A DNA stretch of 64,000 nucleotides from Octopus sinensis. Lineage: Eukaryota. A program made the translations under genes and the position numbers. Positions 61,520 through 64,000 of this stretch are shown one piece after another (the first letter of the stretch is position 1; the number at the start of each line of letters is the position of its first letter). The notes beneath the pieces were generated by a model. That model was not told the DNA's origin, did no database searches, and was given only the letters and a program-made list of their open reading frames with translations. The DNA lies in the NCBI RefSeq assembly GCF_006345805.1, contig NC_042997.1, forward strand, positions 87,420,001-87,484,000, read 5' to 3'.

Positions 61520-61968
61520 ACACATGCATGTCAGGCTTCTACACAGATTCTGCCTTCCAAATTCAACTCACATGGTATTGATCAGTCTGAGGCTATTGTA
61601 AAAGAATTTGCTTAAGATGCTGCACAGTGGGATTCAATTTACAACTGCAGAGATTTTATTCACTCAGCAAGCTTTACTTAATAGTTTTTGATAATGGCTA
61701 CTGAAATTATTCTGAGGATTTTATATTAAAAGAAACTAGAGACTATTTATCTCTATTCTTTTTACTTTATCAGTCATTGGACTGCGGACATGCTATGCTA
61801 CCACCTTGAAAGCTTTAGTTGAACAAATTGCTCTCAGTACTTATTTTTTAAGTCTGTTACTTACTCTGTTGGTCTGTTTTGCTTTACTGCTAGGTTACAG
61901 AAATGTGAATAAACCAACACCAGTTGTCAAACAGTGGGGATGAGAGAAAAATGAAGACAAAGACACGC

Positions 61969-62009
<41 letters not shown>

Positions 62010-62340
62010 TGCACACACACACACACACGTGTGCACACACACACACACCTGCGCACACACACACACATGCATACACATATCATCAATATTCTTTTTTTAT
62101 TCTTTTATGTGTTTCAGTTATTTGACCGGCCATGCTGGAGCACCTCAAAGTGTTTTAGTCAAAGGAATCGACTCCAAGACTTATTCTTTGTTAACCTAGT
62201 ACTTATTCTATCTGCCTCTTTTGCCAAACTGCTAAGTTATATGGATGTAAACACACCAACATCAGTTGTTGAGCAATAGTGAGGAGATGAACACAGACAC
62301 AAAGACACACACACATAAATACATACATACATACATACGT
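61520..62340 (-). mobile_element. Cluster of degenerate fragments of the most frequent SINE family
   Basis: Tails at ~61760 and ~62110; ccaacaccagttgtcaa body motifs; head relic at 61525-61640. Confidence 0.65.
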
Positions 62341-62344
62341 ATAT

Positions 62345-63666
62345 ATGAGTCTATACATGGTGATCCCTCACCTCAAGGGGCTGTGTGCACTCCAGCATTT
62401 CCTTGACCTTCGACCCAACCCCCAACCTGATACAATCACACTCCTTCATCTGGCCGAAATTGTCCTCTCACTTAACTGCTTCTCGTTTGTGGGTGATTGT
62501 TATCGGCAGGTCTCGAGAGTAGCCATGAGAATGAGAATGAGCCCCGACTATGCGAACCTGTTCATTGGCTACATTGAGGTCCAAATATTCTCAAGTTTCA
62601 CTGGTCCCACTTCTGAACTATATAGTCATTATATTGACAACTGTATTGGTGTGACCTCACTCTCTAGCAAACATCTAGACTCCTTCCTCTCTTTTGTCAA
62701 ATGTTTCCATCCTGCCCTCCACTTCTCCTGCACTATTTCCGACACCTCAGTTGTCTTTCTCAACATTTCGGTCAGCATTCATCATTCCACTCTCACCACC
62801 TCCATCCACTACAAACACACAGACTCACACTCATACCTCACCTTCTCCTTCTGCCCTAAACACACCAAGCTCTTCATCTATTCCCAATTCCTCCATCTAT
62901 GCAGGCTCTGCAGTGACAACCATGATTTTGAGACTCAGTCTCAACTCATGGCTCACCACTTCATCCTACATAGATATCCCCTCACCACTATCCACACCGC
63001 CCTTGTCAGAGCATGTTCCATGGACCGTGCATCTGCTCTCTCCTCCTGCACCCACCCCGCTGTCATCCGTCTCCTGTTTTCCCTTACCCCACCACCCTCC
63101 AACGCACCATTCTCTGAGCCTTCCGGTGACTCCAGTCTGATCCCTCCACTTCGCACATCTTCCCAAATCGACCCCTCTCCTCCTTTAAATGAGCCCACAA
63201 CCTACGAGACCTCTTGGTCCACAGCTTCTTCCCTAACCCAACCTCCAAACCTGGCTTGTTCCCCTGCTCCCCCCCATGCTGCTGCACTTGCCCTTACCTC
63301 TCCAACACCACCCTCCTCACAGGCACCCATCATCAACCCTGTCATATCACTGACTCCTTTACTTGCACTTCTAGCAATGTCATCTACTGCATTTCCTGCT
63401 CTCTCTGTCCTTCTCTATACATCAGTCAAACAGGACGCTGCTTGGCTGACTGGTTCACAGAACACCTCCAAGACATCAGACTCGGCAATGACACCCTGGT
63501 CTCACACCATTTCTACTCAACCAGTTACTCTTTACAACACCTGTCTGTGTTTGGATTGTCCTTGCACAGGGGCCATCCAGACTCCCATCTTCATCGTGAG
63601 CAGGGATTAGTCTTCTCTCTTCGCACCTTTGTGCCACATGGGCTCAACTCCCCCCTCTTCATCTAA
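62345..63666 (+). mobile_element. Penelope-like element: RT and GIY-YIG endonuclease, degenerate
   Basis: SLYMVIPHLKGLCALQHFL, VAMRMRMSPDYANLF, YIDN (from YIDD), and FTCTSSNVIYCISCSLCPSLYISQTGRCLADWFTEHL. Confidence 0.92.
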
Positions 63667-63924
63667 CTCGCCTCCTTTCTCCTCTCTTCCTCTCACACCT
63701 ACTTCCTCCCACTCATCTCTTCTCTCATGCTCTGGCACCTACTTCCTCTATTCACTCCTAACCATCTTCTCCCTTCCACCTTCTCCCTTTATCATCGCCC
63801 CATCCCTCGTTACCCACCCCTACACATTCCGACGCCACCATCCCTATACATCCCATCCCACTATACCCCTTAGACCCCACCCTTGCTTCTCCACTCTTGC
63901 CTCCCCCACACCCAAACATCACCA

Positions 63925-64000
63925 CACCACACCACACCACCACACCACACACCACCACACCACACACCACCACACCACACACCACCACACCACACCACAC
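63925..64000. repeat. (CACCA)n-type simple repeat
   Basis: Direct inspection. Confidence 0.9.

Overview
Eukaryotic, AT-rich, microsatellite-dense genomic DNA made almost entirely of transposable elements and their relics. The SINE families and TA/CA microsatellite landscape look like a cephalopod (Octopus) genome; this is inference from pattern recognition, not a database match. No prokaryotic features (CRISPR, operons, rRNA) and no confidently identifiable host gene. Content: a nested Ty3/Gypsy cluster (1-17.9 kb), including one very young element with identical 238-bp LTRs and a 1195-aa gag-pol ORF; L1/Tx1-like, RTE, CR1-like, RLE-type and Penelope-like retroelement remnants; mariner and hAT relics; several tRNA-derived SINE families; recent tandem and inverted duplications bounded by (TA)n. 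Most striking signal: three divergent repeat copies (18.8, 27.0 and 42.5 kb, plus a duplicate at 43.4 kb) carry a hammerhead-ribozyme core whose strands are in a non-circularly permuted (pseudoknotted) order, III'-UH-I-II'-GAA-III-I'-CUGANGA-II, with compensatory changes in helices I and III across copies. Other highlights: ORF1-only half-Tx1 elements with apparent target-site reuse, a 438-bp identity tract suggesting gene conversion between inverted Gypsy copies, and a CR1-like LINE whose 3' stem-loop matches the tail of the most frequent SINE family here.
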